Shown here one piece after another: positions 1-10,412 of a stretch of 64,000 nucleotides of DNA; positions within the stretch are counted from its first letter, which is position 1; each line of letters begins with the position of its first letter. Where the stretch lies: NCBI GenBank assembly GCA_964615185.1, contig CAZTOS010000003.1, positions 1 to 64,000 on the forward strand, read 5' to 3'. The notes under the pieces were generated by a model. The model saw only the letters and a list, made by a program, of their open reading frames with translations, was not told the DNA's origin and made no database searches. Origin of the DNA: an uncultured Thermococci archaeon. GTDB taxonomy: Archaea; Methanobacteriota_B; Thermococci; Thermococcales; Thermococcaceae. Position numbers and translations under genes: made by a program.

Positions 1-181
1 AACGGACAAAGCGCTTCTGGAACAATTTCAGGAGTAAGGACTGGCGTAGGGTTCATAGGTTTGTTTTTCTGTTTGTCTTCTGGTATAATTTTGCCCGAAT
101 TCATTCTCGGTTCGGTGAGCCGCCTGGCAATGTAACTGAATGGCTTCAAGAGGTGATGCCAAAATTATCCTGACAGTATCC
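1..181 (+). mobile_element. Right end of an IS6-family insertion sequence (ISPfu-like): transposase C-terminus plus probable terminal inverted repeat
   Basis: Frame 3..173 reads RTKRFWNNFRSKDWRRVHRFVFLFVFWYNFARIHSRFGEPPGNVTEWLQEVMPKLS*, which I recognise as the C-terminus of Thermococcales IS6 DDE transposases. The stop lies inside TTATCCTGACAGTATCC (165-181), the likely right IR. The element is cut by the window edge and is absent from the ORF track. Confidence 0.85.
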
Positions 182-341
182 CTCAAGTGTGATTTCTTCT
201 TTGTTAAGTTTATATTCTTCTTCTGAAACATGAACAATCTCAACAAGATAAAACAAATAGCAAAACTTTTATTGTCAGTTTTCCTGTCTCAAAAATAATC
301 AAAAAATATAAGATAAAAAAGAACTCAATTTTGGTTTGTTA

Positions 342-1733
342 TCAGTACACAATTCCCTCACTACTCTTGGATGGTGGTGTATCTGTCTTTTCTGCCTCCT
401 TGTCCGCCACTTTTAAAGCTTCATCCAAAATCTCGATTGCCTCATCCACCTGTTCTTTAGTTATGATTAACGGCGGTGCAATTAGGAGTTGTATATACCA
501 ATTAACTACATATAATCCGCGTTTCATGGCTTCAGCAGCAATTTTGTCGTTCATTAAAGGTTTAACAAATTTGTCAGACTTTACATTGAACGGTTCTTTT
601 GTTTTCCTATTCTTAACTGTCTCAACTCCCCAGAAATGTCCCATTCCTCTTACATCTCCAACACATGGATGATCTTCTGCCAGCTCATACAACCTCTTTC
701 CGAGGTATTCAGATACTTTTTGAGGTCTTCCACTTTCAAAAAGCTTCTTGTACTCCTCTACTGCAGCAGGAAGAGCAGACAATGCAAGAGGATGATGGGC
801 ATATGTGTGTCCATGGCTGAGAACATTTTCTTCAAAATAGTCTCTAATCTCTTTAGTAGTTGCAGTAATTCCAAGTGGCGTATATGCTCCAGTTGCTCCT
901 TTAGCACTGGTTAAAATATCTGGAGTAACTTCCCAATGTTCTATGGCAAATGGTTTTCCTGTTCTATACCAGCCGCTCATAACTTCATCCACAATAAAGA
1001 GTACATCATTTTCATCACAGATCTCTCTGACCATCTTATAATACTCTTTTGGCGGGACAATAATGCCATTAGTGCCCACAACTGGCTCAAAAAGAACTGC
1101 CGCAACGTTACCCTCTTCTTTTATCATGTAATCCAAGTACCTAGCACATGCAAGGTCACATTCGGGGTATTTAAGGCCAAATGGACACCTATAGCAGTAG
1201 GGATCTGGAGCATGTCTCACTCCAGGAATTGTAGTTCTAGCCCGTTCTGCCCACCATCTTCTTGGATCTCCTGTTAAAGTAATGCTAGCAGCTGTTGCAC
1301 CATGATATGAATGATAGCGGGAAATTATTTTGTATTTACCCTCTTTTTCAAAATATAATCTTGCAATTTTCACTGCAGCTTCATTTGCCTCGGTCCCACT
1401 TGTTGAAAAGAAAAACACTTCTAAGTTTTCTGGCATCACTTCTAATAGGGCGCGTACAGCTTTGGCTTTTGACTCCTCAATAAACCCTGGTGCCACATAA
1501 GGTAACTTCTGAGCCTGCTCACAGATTGCGTTTATGATTGCTTTGTTTCCATGACCAAGGTTAGAACACATGAGTTGAGATGAGAAATCCAAGTATCTCT
1601 TCCCTGTATGATCCCAAAAGTACACTCCTTCTGCTTTTGTGACAAATATGGGGGATTTCCAAGCCCTTTGTGCCCTCCAAGTTCCATAGGTATGCTCTAC
1701 AATTAATTTTATTTCATTTTCCCTACCTTCCAT
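342..1733 (-). CDS. Class-III PLP-dependent aminotransferase (omega-amine / GABA / taurine aminotransferase-like)
   Basis: Motifs YLDFSSQL, SGTEANE, YHG, FIVDEVMSG and DILTSAKG (PLP lysine), plus HGHTY. Confidence 0.9.
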   Translation of the reverse strand: MEGRENEIKLIVEHTYGTWRAQRAWKSPIFVTKAEGVYFWDHTGKRYLDFSSQLMCSNLGHGNKAIINAICEQAQKLPYVAPGFIEESKAKAVRALLEVMPENLEVFFFSTSGTEANEAAVKIARLYFEKEGKYKIISRYHSYHGATAASITLTGDPRRWWAERARTTIPGVRHAPDPYCYRCPFGLKYPECDLACARYLDYMIKEEGNVAAVLFEPVVGTNGIIVPPKEYYKMVREICDENDVLFIVDEVMSGWYRTGKPFAIEHWEVTPDILTSAKGATGAYTPLGITATTKEIRDYFEENVLSHGHTYAHHPLALSALPAAVEEYKKLFESGRPQKVSEYLGKRLYELAEDHPCVGDVRGMGHFWGVETVKNRKTKEPFNVKSDKFVKPLMNDKIAAEAMKRGLYVVNWYIQLLIAPPLIITKEQVDEAIEILDEALKVADKEAEKTDTPPSKSSEGIVY

Positions 1734-1925
1734 TAGGCTTCACCTAAAAACATTACAATACCAATGAAAATTATTCAAAGAAGCTATTATTAAATATAAC
1801 CTACTGTTTCATGAAAAATTTTTAATAATTACTATCAAATCCTTATATCGTCTATAAGATTTTTAAAAAATTGTAAAATTGAAAAAGCAGTACCCTTTAA
1901 GAATTAATATTCTACCCTATACTGG

Positions 1926-3791
1926 GTGATAGTTACGAAAGGATATGCTGGGAAAATCCTATATATCGACCTAAGCAAAGAAGGAGTTAAAACAAACGAA
2001 ACAAACGAAAATTTTGCTCGAGACTACCTTGGTGGTGTTGGATTTGGAGCAAGGATATTATATGAAGAGATAAAACCAAAAACTGATCCACTTTCCTCAC
2101 ATAATGTATTAATAGTTACTGCTGGACCCATCTCTGGGTTGCCATTTATGGGGGCTGGTAGAACAACTTTTGTAAGCAAATCTCCCCTCACTAATGGATG
2201 GATGCACAGCAACATGGGGGGAAGTTTTGCTGCACATATGAAGTTTGCAGGATATGATGCAATAGTAATCAAGGGAAAAGCAAGTGAACCAGTAATGATA
2301 AAAATTGATGAAGAAAATGTAGAGATGCTTCCAGCGGAGGATTTATGGGGAAAAGGAGCAATTGAAGTTCAAAAAATTTTCAAAGAAAAATACGGAAAAG
2401 AATACGACACATTTGCTATAGGACCCGCTGGAGAAAATTTAGTCAGATATGCTTGTATAATCGGCAGTGGGGCAAGAGCAGCAGGAAGAGGAGGTCTAGG
2501 GGCTGTAATGGGATCTAAAAATTTAAAACTCGTTGCAGTAAGAGGTTCCAAAAAAGTAAAAATAGCAGACCCCAAAGGATTTAAAGAATTCAGAAAAGAA
2601 TTTACAAAAAAGATAACTAAGAAATTAATTAATTATACCCTCTATGGAACACCTTATCTCGTCAATATCATAAATGAAATCCATGGCGGGCTAGGAACAC
2701 GGAACTGGCAAGAGGAAACATTTGAAGGTGCACGCAAGATTTCTGGAGAAGTTCTCAAAGAAAAGCACTTTGTAAGAAATACGGCTTGTTTTGGGTGTCC
2801 AGTAGCTTGTGGAAAGGTCTTTAGATCTTTAAGAAACCCAGAAATTACTTCGGAAGGCCCAGAGTACGAATCTATCTATGCACTTGGTTCAGCTTGTGGA
2901 ATTGATGACCCGAACGTATTGATTGAGGCAGATAAGAAGTGCGATGAATATGGTCTTGACACCATCTCTACTGGACTTTCGATTGCGTTTATAATGGAGT
3001 GCTATGAAAAGGGATTAATATCTGAAGAAGAGCTTGATGGCATAAAAGCAAACTTTGGAAACTCCGAAGCGTTGTTGACTTTTATAGACAAAATAGCAAA
3101 GAGAGAAGGAGTAGGGAACTTACTTGCTGAAGGAACTAAGAGAATGGCTGAAAAGATCGGGAAAGATTCTTGGAAGTTCGCAATTCACGTGAGAGGATTA
3201 GAAATTGCAGGACATTCACCAAGAGTTTTAAAGAGCATGGCAATAGGATATGCAGTTTCCAACAGGGGAGGAAGCCACCATGACGGAAGACCCGGACCGG
3301 AATATGCAATGCAACCTGAAGAGAAGAAAAAAGTAGACGGAAAAGCAAGACTCAATTATGAAATAAACCTTTGGACAACAATTGGAGATTCCCTTATAGT
3401 CTGCCACTTCGTCGAAAATGTGTTGGGAACCTCATTAAACGAAAATCACCTTAAGCTAATTAATCTCGTAACGGGCTTTGACATGTCCATAGAAGAACTC
3501 AGGGACATTGCACATAGGATTTACACTCTAGAGAGATGCTTCAACATAAGAGAGAAAGAAGTTGCAAGAGAAGAAGACACTTTGCCATGGAGGATACTAC
3601 ACGAAAGAATTCCAAAAGGGCCAGCGGCAGAATTTGGAGTTACTCCAGAAGAATTAAACAAAATGCTTGAAGAATACTATCTACTCAGAGGTTGGGATGA
3701 AAATGGAATACCAACAGAAAAAGAATTAAGAAGATTAGGACTGGACTTTGCCATAGAGGACATGAACAAAGTAAGAAAGAAAAGTGCTTGA
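1926..3791 (+). CDS. Tungsten aldehyde:ferredoxin oxidoreductase family protein
   Basis: Motifs GRGGLGAVMGSKNLK, CFGCPVAC, EYES, DEYGLD and YYLLRGWD, with typical AOR length. Confidence 0.92.
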   Translation: MIVTKGYAGKILYIDLSKEGVKTNETNENFARDYLGGVGFGARILYEEIKPKTDPLSSHNVLIVTAGPISGLPFMGAGRTTFVSKSPLTNGWMHSNMGGSFAAHMKFAGYDAIVIKGKASEPVMIKIDEENVEMLPAEDLWGKGAIEVQKIFKEKYGKEYDTFAIGPAGENLVRYACIIGSGARAAGRGGLGAVMGSKNLKLVAVRGSKKVKIADPKGFKEFRKEFTKKITKKLINYTLYGTPYLVNIINEIHGGLGTRNWQEETFEGARKISGEVLKEKHFVRNTACFGCPVACGKVFRSLRNPEITSEGPEYESIYALGSACGIDDPNVLIEADKKCDEYGLDTISTGLSIAFIMECYEKGLISEEELDGIKANFGNSEALLTFIDKIAKREGVGNLLAEGTKRMAEKIGKDSWKFAIHVRGLEIAGHSPRVLKSMAIGYAVSNRGGSHHDGRPGPEYAMQPEEKKKVDGKARLNYEINLWTTIGDSLIVCHFVENVLGTSLNENHLKLINLVTGFDMSIEELRDIAHRIYTLERCFNIREKEVAREEDTLPWRILHERIPKGPAAEFGVTPEELNKMLEEYYLLRGWDENGIPTEKELRRLGLDFAIEDMNKVRKKSA

Positions 3792-3828
3792 AGGTTTGTT
3801 CTTTTTCTCTTTACTCTTGGTGATTTCA

Positions 3829-4335
3829 ATGGAAATTGAAATAACAGTTATTAAAGGGAATTTTGAAACAATAGATAGTCTGGAAAAGATTCTAAACTTA
3901 ATTAAAAGAAGAGGAATTCAAATAGAGAAAATTGAGTATCTATATTATCCCTATTGGATAGTCAGTTTAACTATCATTGTTAAACAATTATTTGGGACTA
4001 GAGAATTCAAAAAAGTACATTTAATGGTGGAAGGATTAACTGGTATTATCGGATACTGTGAAGAACCCCGTCTAAAAGGTGGATATGCTAAAAAGGAAAA
4101 ACTTATAGAGCCAAAAGTTAAGAAAGTTGAAATCGAAGAAAAAATAAAAAAATTTATTCTTGAAACCTTTCCTCGAGAATATAAAATTTCGATGATCAAA
4201 GAAATAACACTAAACAACATGAACATTACTTTAGCCTATAAAAAATTTTGGATACTTAATTTGTTCAATCCAAGTAATGGAAAAAGAACAAAACTTCTAA
4301 TTGACAGTGTCTCTGGTGCAACTGAGTATGTTTAA
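3829..4335 (+). CDS. Hypothetical protein downstream of AOR
   Basis: Open frame with GGTGA RBS before ATG 3829 (track start 3784 is probably too long). AT-rich. Confidence 0.7.
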   Translation: MEIEITVIKGNFETIDSLEKILNLIKRRGIQIEKIEYLYYPYWIVSLTIIVKQLFGTREFKKVHLMVEGLTGIIGYCEEPRLKGGYAKKEKLIEPKVKKVEIEEKIKKFILETFPREYKISMIKEITLNNMNITLAYKKFWILNLFNPSNGKRTKLLIDSVSGATEYV

Positions 4336-4478
4336 GTCATGCTCGTAGTTAAACATCTACGACTTTTTAATGACATTCTTAGCACTCAAGATGATTCTTA
4401 AAGAACTTGGGTATCCCATTCCTTGAGTTTTTATTATTAATTGGGAAAAATTTAAAGTGATTTTTGTGAACTTTTTTC

Positions 4479-5234
4479 ATGCTTCAGTATATCCTCAACA
4501 TCTTCATTGGCTTTTTCATAGGTTTGCTCGCTGGTTTATTTGGAGTTGGCGGAGGGTTCTTGATAGTTCCGGTTCTAACTCTTATGGGTTTGCCTATCCA
4601 TGATGCAATTGGAACAAGTTTGGCATGCATATCTATGAGTTCTTTTGCATCTGCTTATGGGCATTTGAAGCGAAAAAATGTTCTTTTCAAAGTCGTGGTG
4701 TTAAAGGAAGCATTTTCAATCCCATCTGCATTGTTTGGTGCCTATATAACTGCATTCCTAAATACAAGGCAGTTGAGTGCGATATTTGGCTTTGCTTTAA
4801 TATACGTCGCATACAAGCTGATTAAAAAGCCCGAGATAGTCTCAACAAAAAAGAAGGTTAAAGTTGACTATAAGAAGGTTCCATTGGTGGGTGTTATATC
4901 TGGCTTTTCTTCTGGGCTTTTGGGGATAAGCGGTGGAATTTTAAATGTTCCGCTGTTTTATTCGCTGGGACTTCCAATCCACTATGCCATTGGCACCTCA
5001 AGCGTTGCTTTATTCTTCACAGCCTTAGCAGGAGTAATTGGACATTACACCCTTGGGCAGGTTCATTTTGACAAAGCAATATTGTTAGCTCCGGGGTTAA
5101 TATTAGGGGGTTTTTCAGGGGCGAGACTTGCTCACAACACACATCCAGAGCGTCTCAAAATTGGGTTCTCGGTGATACTCATCATAATCGCAATTAGGAT
5201 GATCCTAAAAGGTTTGGGGGTTTCTGTGCCTTGA
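4479..5234 (+). CDS. TauE/SafE (TSUP) family sulfite/sulfonate exporter
   Basis: Internally duplicated GLFGVGGG / GLLGISGG and AIGTS motifs, about 8 TM helices. Confidence 0.9.
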   Translation: MLQYILNIFIGFFIGLLAGLFGVGGGFLIVPVLTLMGLPIHDAIGTSLACISMSSFASAYGHLKRKNVLFKVVVLKEAFSIPSALFGAYITAFLNTRQLSAIFGFALIYVAYKLIKKPEIVSTKKKVKVDYKKVPLVGVISGFSSGLLGISGGILNVPLFYSLGLPIHYAIGTSSVALFFTALAGVIGHYTLGQVHFDKAILLAPGLILGGFSGARLAHNTHPERLKIGFSVILIIIAIRMILKGLGVSVP

Positions 5235-5378
5235 TTTTATTTATGTTTGCTCCCATGCCTTTTGTTAGTTACTCAACCCTATCCTTACGTAGATTATAAC
5301 AAAATGTCATTTTCAATTTCTCATTTTTCTATCGAAAATTTTATAACTTTATTAAAATGGAACCCTTAATGATGTTCC

Positions 5379-6434
5379 ATGAGAATTGCAAAAAGGGCAT
5401 TAGGAAAAATCATTACTATTTATCTAACAGTTATGATAATTCTGATTTTAACCGCGGGAGTCACTGCCAATCACTTGCTCAAGGAGAAAGCTAAGGATTT
5501 AGCCGAATATGGCATTGGAATGAAAAATCCAGCTCTTTATGAACAGATAAAAAGGGAAGCAGCAAAAGAAGGAGTTGAACCATGGAAGTATATTTACGAG
5601 CATCTTCTTCTTGAAAAGTATGGTCTGGCAAAGAATCCGTTCATTATGGGAATCCAGCTCCTCCTAAATAAAGGAGAGCCTCTAAAGACACAAATTGATA
5701 AAAGGAAGGAAAGAGAATTAAGTCTTTTTCGTGCAACCCTTGTAACTTTAACAGTAATGCTGAGCTCAATGGCATTAATTGTTGCCTTTGGAGTCCTCTT
5801 TGGGATGAAACTTGCAAATCATTCGAGATTATTGGAGATTGTAGAAGGTATAACGAGGTTCTTCAATGGCTTGCCCTCCTGGTGGGTTGGAGTTTTGCTT
5901 ATAGTAATTTTTGCAGTTAAGCTAAACATTCTTCCTACAGGCGGGCTTTTTACACCAAAACTGCTCCATGGTGTTGCATATCTTTTTGATTTAATAAAGC
6001 ATCTTGTCCTTCCTATAATGACTTTATTCCTGGTGTTCATTTGGGAATTCATGAGCATAGTTGCCAGAGAAACACAGAAAGAGATGTATCAGCCCTATAT
6101 CCAGACAGAGAGAGCAAAGGGGGTACCGGAGAGGATTATCTACAGGAAGCATATTTTGAGAAACATTGGAATTGTGGTGAGTAGCTTTACAGCTCAAAAG
6201 TTCATGGAGATGTTTACAGACTATCTTATCATAGATTATCTTTTCGGGCTAATGGGCCTGGGATTAGTTCTCAAAAATTCTTTTGTAAGGGAGATAATAC
6301 CCAATGTTGGTATCAATGTAACCTTTAACTTTTACCTCTTCTTTGCAACCACTCTTATAATTGCCACAATATCCTTTGCTGCTTCTCTGCTCCTTGAACT
6401 TCTTAAGGGCATTATAGATCCAAGGGTGAGCTGA
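5379..6434 (+). CDS. ABC transporter permease, DppB/OppB-like
   Basis: GLPSWW, HLVLP and the EAA-like loop RAKGVPERIIYRKHILRN. Confidence 0.85.
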   Translation: MRIAKRALGKIITIYLTVMIILILTAGVTANHLLKEKAKDLAEYGIGMKNPALYEQIKREAAKEGVEPWKYIYEHLLLEKYGLAKNPFIMGIQLLLNKGEPLKTQIDKRKERELSLFRATLVTLTVMLSSMALIVAFGVLFGMKLANHSRLLEIVEGITRFFNGLPSWWVGVLLIVIFAVKLNILPTGGLFTPKLLHGVAYLFDLIKHLVLPIMTLFLVFIWEFMSIVARETQKEMYQPYIQTERAKGVPERIIYRKHILRNIGIVVSSFTAQKFMEMFTDYLIIDYLFGLMGLGLVLKNSFVREIIPNVGINVTFNFYLFFATTLIIATISFAASLLLELLKGIIDPRVS

Positions 6435-6435
6435 A

Positions 6436-7698
6436 ATGGTGAGAAGACAAAAAGTCGGTGCAGTACTCTTAATGCTTTTCACGATTTTTGTCGTTGCAAG
6501 TTATCTTTCAGTCCCGAAAGAGAAGCTTGATAACTGGGAAAATGGGGTATACTGGATTGGCTATCCAAAAAGAGCAAAGCCCGTCTGGTTAGGAGGAACC
6601 CCAACGGTTAAGCTATCCCCTAAGCTAAACTGGTCTTCCTCAGAATACAAAGAATACCTCTACACCTATGGGCATGAATACGATGAAAAACCCAACGATA
6701 TTGCAGTTATCATATCTCATCCCGCTTTCTATGTTATTGATGTAAAAAGGCCTGATGGGATTTTAGTTAGCGTTTATGATGAAATGCTTTTTCAAAATAT
6801 CACATTAAATACAAATGATAAGATTGCTCTCTCAACTTTTAGAGCCTTAAGGGAGAAGTTTAACCTGACTGATGCTGATTTAGGAACAAGAACACCTACA
6901 GAGATTCTCTTCTCCACAGATTATCAGTTCAATACACTAAAAGGAACCTACATCTTCAGGATTTTATGCAACTGCTCAGCTCCACCAGAAATCATCGTTT
7001 ATGGAACAAGTTATGGACTACTTGGAACCGACAGCTATGGTAGAGACATATGGGTGGGATTTGTTAAGAGCATGGTCAACACACTTTATCTGGCACTATT
7101 CACAACGGTTATGATAATTGCTTTAGGGCTTCTGTTTGGTTTAATTTCTGGCTACTTTGAAAACCTGCTCTCGTCCATAGTTACGTTCTTCTTAGAAGTC
7201 CTCACTGCTCTTCCAATTCTGCCGATTCTTGTTGTTCTAACATGGGTGATGTCAAGGCAGGGCATTGGGGCTCATGTTGAAGTCAATCCCATAAAGTTCA
7301 TGCTTTTGGTCTCAATATTGCTGGTGGGCAAATTTGCCAAGACCATCCGAATAATGACAATCCAGGAAAAGTCAAAGGAGCACGTTACTGCCAGCATCTC
7401 TTTGGGAGCTTCTGGATTTCATGTCATCAGAAAGCACATTTTACCAGTGGTTTTAGAGCACAGTGTTAGGTACTTCACATTCCTAATGCCAAGAATCGTT
7501 GCACTAATATCAATATTCGGCTTCTTCGGATTGGTACCTGGTGTAAACTGGGGCTCCTTCGTTGTTGAAGCTCTACAACAAGGTGCATTGTATGGTGGCT
7601 ACTGGTGGTGGGTGCTTTCGCCTGGATTTGCCATGGCATTCTTGAGCCTTGGCTTTGCTCTGTTGATGCCCGTTGATAATTCTCTAACTCTTTCTTAG
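6436..7698 (+). CDS. ABC transporter permease, DppC/OppC-like
   Basis: LLGTDSYGRDIW and ASISLGASGFHVIRKHILP; directly follows the dppB-like gene. Confidence 0.85.
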   Translation: MVRRQKVGAVLLMLFTIFVVASYLSVPKEKLDNWENGVYWIGYPKRAKPVWLGGTPTVKLSPKLNWSSSEYKEYLYTYGHEYDEKPNDIAVIISHPAFYVIDVKRPDGILVSVYDEMLFQNITLNTNDKIALSTFRALREKFNLTDADLGTRTPTEILFSTDYQFNTLKGTYIFRILCNCSAPPEIIVYGTSYGLLGTDSYGRDIWVGFVKSMVNTLYLALFTTVMIIALGLLFGLISGYFENLLSSIVTFFLEVLTALPILPILVVLTWVMSRQGIGAHVEVNPIKFMLLVSILLVGKFAKTIRIMTIQEKSKEHVTASISLGASGFHVIRKHILPVVLEHSVRYFTFLMPRIVALISIFGFFGLVPGVNWGSFVVEALQQGALYGGYWWWVLSPGFAMAFLSLGFALLMPVDNSLTLS

Positions 7699-8169
7699 CT
7701 TTGTGTACAACAAAAGTGCAGCAAAGCTTATCAAAAGCTCTGCTATTATCAGAGGCAAATCATACGAATAGTAGAGCCTGTGAATATATACGAGACTTGG
7801 AATAAAGAGCATGAGAGCTAATACCATGCTTACTGGACAAAGTATTAAGAAATCAGTGAATGAGAAGTTAGGGTTTATGTCAGCAACCACAAGCTTGGAA
7901 ATATAGTATGAAAAGGCTACCAACAGTGCAGCAAATATTAAATAGCCCCCAATTACTTTCTTCCCAAGTTTTTCACGGTCCCAAAAAGCATATATGAGAA
8001 CAAGTGGTATGGTTCCTACATAAGCCTCCAGCCATGCTGACAAATCTTTCAGGAAGCCATATGGAGCGTCAAAGTTGGCAAAAGCTACTGCTCCTGGCTG
8101 GAGAACAGCCAAGGTAAGGAGATTAACTAAGAGAAATTTAAGCTGTTCCCTCTTCAAGAACGTCACCAT
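7684..8169 (-). CDS. Hypothetical multi-pass membrane protein
   Basis: 161 aa with about 5 hydrophobic segments. Confidence 0.75.
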   Translation of the reverse strand: MVTFLKREQLKFLLVNLLTLAVLQPGAVAFANFDAPYGFLKDLSAWLEAYVGTIPLVLIYAFWDREKLGKKVIGGYLIFAALLVAFSYYISKLVVADINPNFSFTDFLILCPVSMVLALMLFIPSLVYIHRLYYSYDLPLIIAELLISFAALLLYTKLRKS

Positions 8170-8285
8170 ATCAAATTTTAGTTTTGCAGTATTTATCCTT
8201 TTTCTTGTCGTTTCAAATTCAAAATCTTGGAATTTTCTTGCTCAAAAAAGTTAAATACTAAAAAAGCAAATCAAAATTAACAAGT

Positions 8286-8305
8286 GGAACGTTCCGAAAC
8301 GTTCT
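8286..8305. promoter_or_regulatory. Candidate operator: palindrome GGAACGTTCC followed by a second AACGTT box 10 bp later
   Basis: GGAACGTTCC-GAAACGTTCT lies between a TTAAATA box (~8251) and the start of the 8359-10412 operon, which encodes an HTH protein. Confidence 0.45.
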
Positions 8306-8358
8306 TTTCACCGGGTTCCTAAAATAAGTCAAAATCACACTCATAATTGGTGATGTCC

Positions 8359-9552
8359 ATGAGATGGGGCGCCTTGGCATTAGTAGTGTTGCTTCTTGGA
8401 AGTTTGATACCATTTAGTATGGCCCAAAATGAAGCCAGCAATACGACAGAGATTCAACAATTAACCCTTGACAATGCAACAAGAGAGCAGATAATTGCAG
8501 AACAGCTCATTAACCAACTTACAAGGTTAAGTGAGTTCACTGAAAAAAGAGTTGAACCAATAAAGGACAAGCTTCCTGAGAACTCAACAATATTAATTCA
8601 CTATGAGAAAGCAGAAGAGTTTAAGGAAAAAGCACTTGAAGAGTTCAATAACGGCGATTATTACAACTCAATACTTGATGCATTAACTGCAATGCACCAC
8701 TACAAAATTGTTTTAAGAGGGCTAAAAGAAGGAAAAGAAAAAGTTGAAAAAGCAAGAGAGTGGATAAGAGCAGAGATAGAGAGAACAATTCAGTACTTCA
8801 AATTCGTTGGGAAGACAATCCACATGGCTGAAAAAGAGGGAATTGATGTCAGCAACTTGACAATGCTCTACAATGAAACAAGGCAAACATATAAGGTTGT
8901 GTTAGAGGATATCAAGGCAAAAGATTTTGAAAAAGCAAGAGAGGATCTCCAAATAGCAAAAGAAAAGAAAGCACAGCTTGATGAAGAATTAAGGAAGGTT
9001 AGAAAAGAACTGGCTTATGCAAATGCTGACAAAATTGTGAAAGAGTTCTTAATTAGAACTGAAAAAGGCATAACTTTTGCAGAGAGAGTAATACAAGAAG
9101 CAAAGGAAAGAGGAATAGATACCTCAGAGGCGGAGGCTAAACTTGAGGAAATAAAAGCTATTTATGACGAAGTCAAAAACTTAGCAGAACAAGAAAAGTG
9201 GGAAGATGCTCTAACAGTGATACTCGAAAATAAGCCAAAGATTGACGCATTTTTCAGAAGCATCAATAAGATTCACGAAAGATTCGTTGAGAAAAAGATA
9301 AAAAGGGGTGTTGGTGCATTCCTTAAAGAGATGCAGGACAGAATTAGAAAAGATGCCAGAGCATTACAAGAGCTCAAAAAGAGGGGAATTAATACAAGAA
9401 GAGCTGAAATTGAACTCAGAACTGCTGCACAAGAGTTACATATAGGATTGAGGTTGCTAAAAGAGAGGAAACCTGCTCCCGCAAGAGAGCATTTTGCAAT
9501 TGCACTAAGATTGCTTTACAATGTTGAACAATTTATCCTCTTTCATTCTTGA
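8359..9552 (+). CDS. Secreted alpha-helical / coiled-coil protein
   Basis: Signal peptide MRWGALALVVLLLGSLIPFSMA, repeated GIDxS helical units, GGTGA RBS. Confidence 0.8.
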   Translation: MRWGALALVVLLLGSLIPFSMAQNEASNTTEIQQLTLDNATREQIIAEQLINQLTRLSEFTEKRVEPIKDKLPENSTILIHYEKAEEFKEKALEEFNNGDYYNSILDALTAMHHYKIVLRGLKEGKEKVEKAREWIRAEIERTIQYFKFVGKTIHMAEKEGIDVSNLTMLYNETRQTYKVVLEDIKAKDFEKAREDLQIAKEKKAQLDEELRKVRKELAYANADKIVKEFLIRTEKGITFAERVIQEAKERGIDTSEAEAKLEEIKAIYDEVKNLAEQEKWEDALTVILENKPKIDAFFRSINKIHERFVEKKIKRGVGAFLKEMQDRIRKDARALQELKKRGINTRRAEIELRTAAQELHIGLRLLKERKPAPAREHFAIALRLLYNVEQFILFHS

Positions 9553-9578
9553 TTTTTAATTTTTGGAGAGGTGATTAA

Positions 9579-10412
9579 ATGAGAAAAACAATGGCTCTAA
9601 TCGGTCTCGTCCTCCTTGTGATTCCATTGGTTAGTGCTGAATTTACTGTTTCTGAGCTGAAACTCACTGTTTATAGGGATGGATACGTTGAAGTTTATTA
9701 TCAGATTATTCCCAGCGACTATGCTGTTCAAATAAGTGTCCCTGTTTTAGGGGAGAATTATGAAAATCTCATTGTAGAAGATGAAAATGGAAACCCTCTC
9801 AATTTTGAGGTTTCTGGTAATAAGGTAATAATCTATGTTAACAATGCTCAACTTATAAGGATCTCGTATTATACTCCTGATTTAACTTCTAAATATGGCC
9901 TCGTTTGGACTTTAAATATATCGTCTCAGTATTCATTTAAGGTTGTTCTTCCTGATGATGCAATAGTAGTTGATTTGAGTGATATTCCGCTTTCAATAAG
10001 CTCAAATGTTATTTCCATGCCCCCAGGAAATCAAAGTATATCATACACTTTGGAATACGGCATAGAAGAGAAATCTCAAAATGCAGTATATTATCTCCTT
10101 GCAGGGATTTTGGTTATCAGTGCAGTATTCATTGGAATAAGGTTAATCTCCAATAAAAAATCCTCTAAGAGCATCAAAATTAATAGAGATGCATTTTTAA
10201 AAAAGATGCAAAAATTTGATTTAAATGATGAGGAAAGGAATGCATTACTGTACATCCTTGAAAAAGGCGGAAGGGCAAGTCAAGCTGAGGTTAGAAATGC
10301 TCTCGGACTTCCAAAAACTACAGCATGGAGAATGTTCAAACGGCTCGAAAAGCAGGGATTAGTGAGAATAATTAAAGGAAGAAAAGAGAACTGGGTGGAA
10401 CTTAAACTCTAA
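9579..10412 (+). CDS. Membrane-anchored winged-HTH regulator (COG2512-like)
   Basis: Signal peptide, extracellular beta domain, one TM helix, C-terminal wHTH (QAEVRNALGLPKTTAWRMFKRLE). Confidence 0.82.
   Translation: MRKTMALIGLVLLVIPLVSAEFTVSELKLTVYRDGYVEVYYQIIPSDYAVQISVPVLGENYENLIVEDENGNPLNFEVSGNKVIIYVNNAQLIRISYYTPDLTSKYGLVWTLNISSQYSFKVVLPDDAIVVDLSDIPLSISSNVISMPPGNQSISYTLEYGIEEKSQNAVYYLLAGILVISAVFIGIRLISNKKSSKSIKINRDAFLKKMQKFDLNDEERNALLYILEKGGRASQAEVRNALGLPKTTAWRMFKRLEKQGLVRIIKGRKENWVELKL

Noticed and set aside
28..246. 72-aa minus-strand ORF from the track
   Set aside because: It is antisense to the IS6 transposase tail and has no independent coding features.
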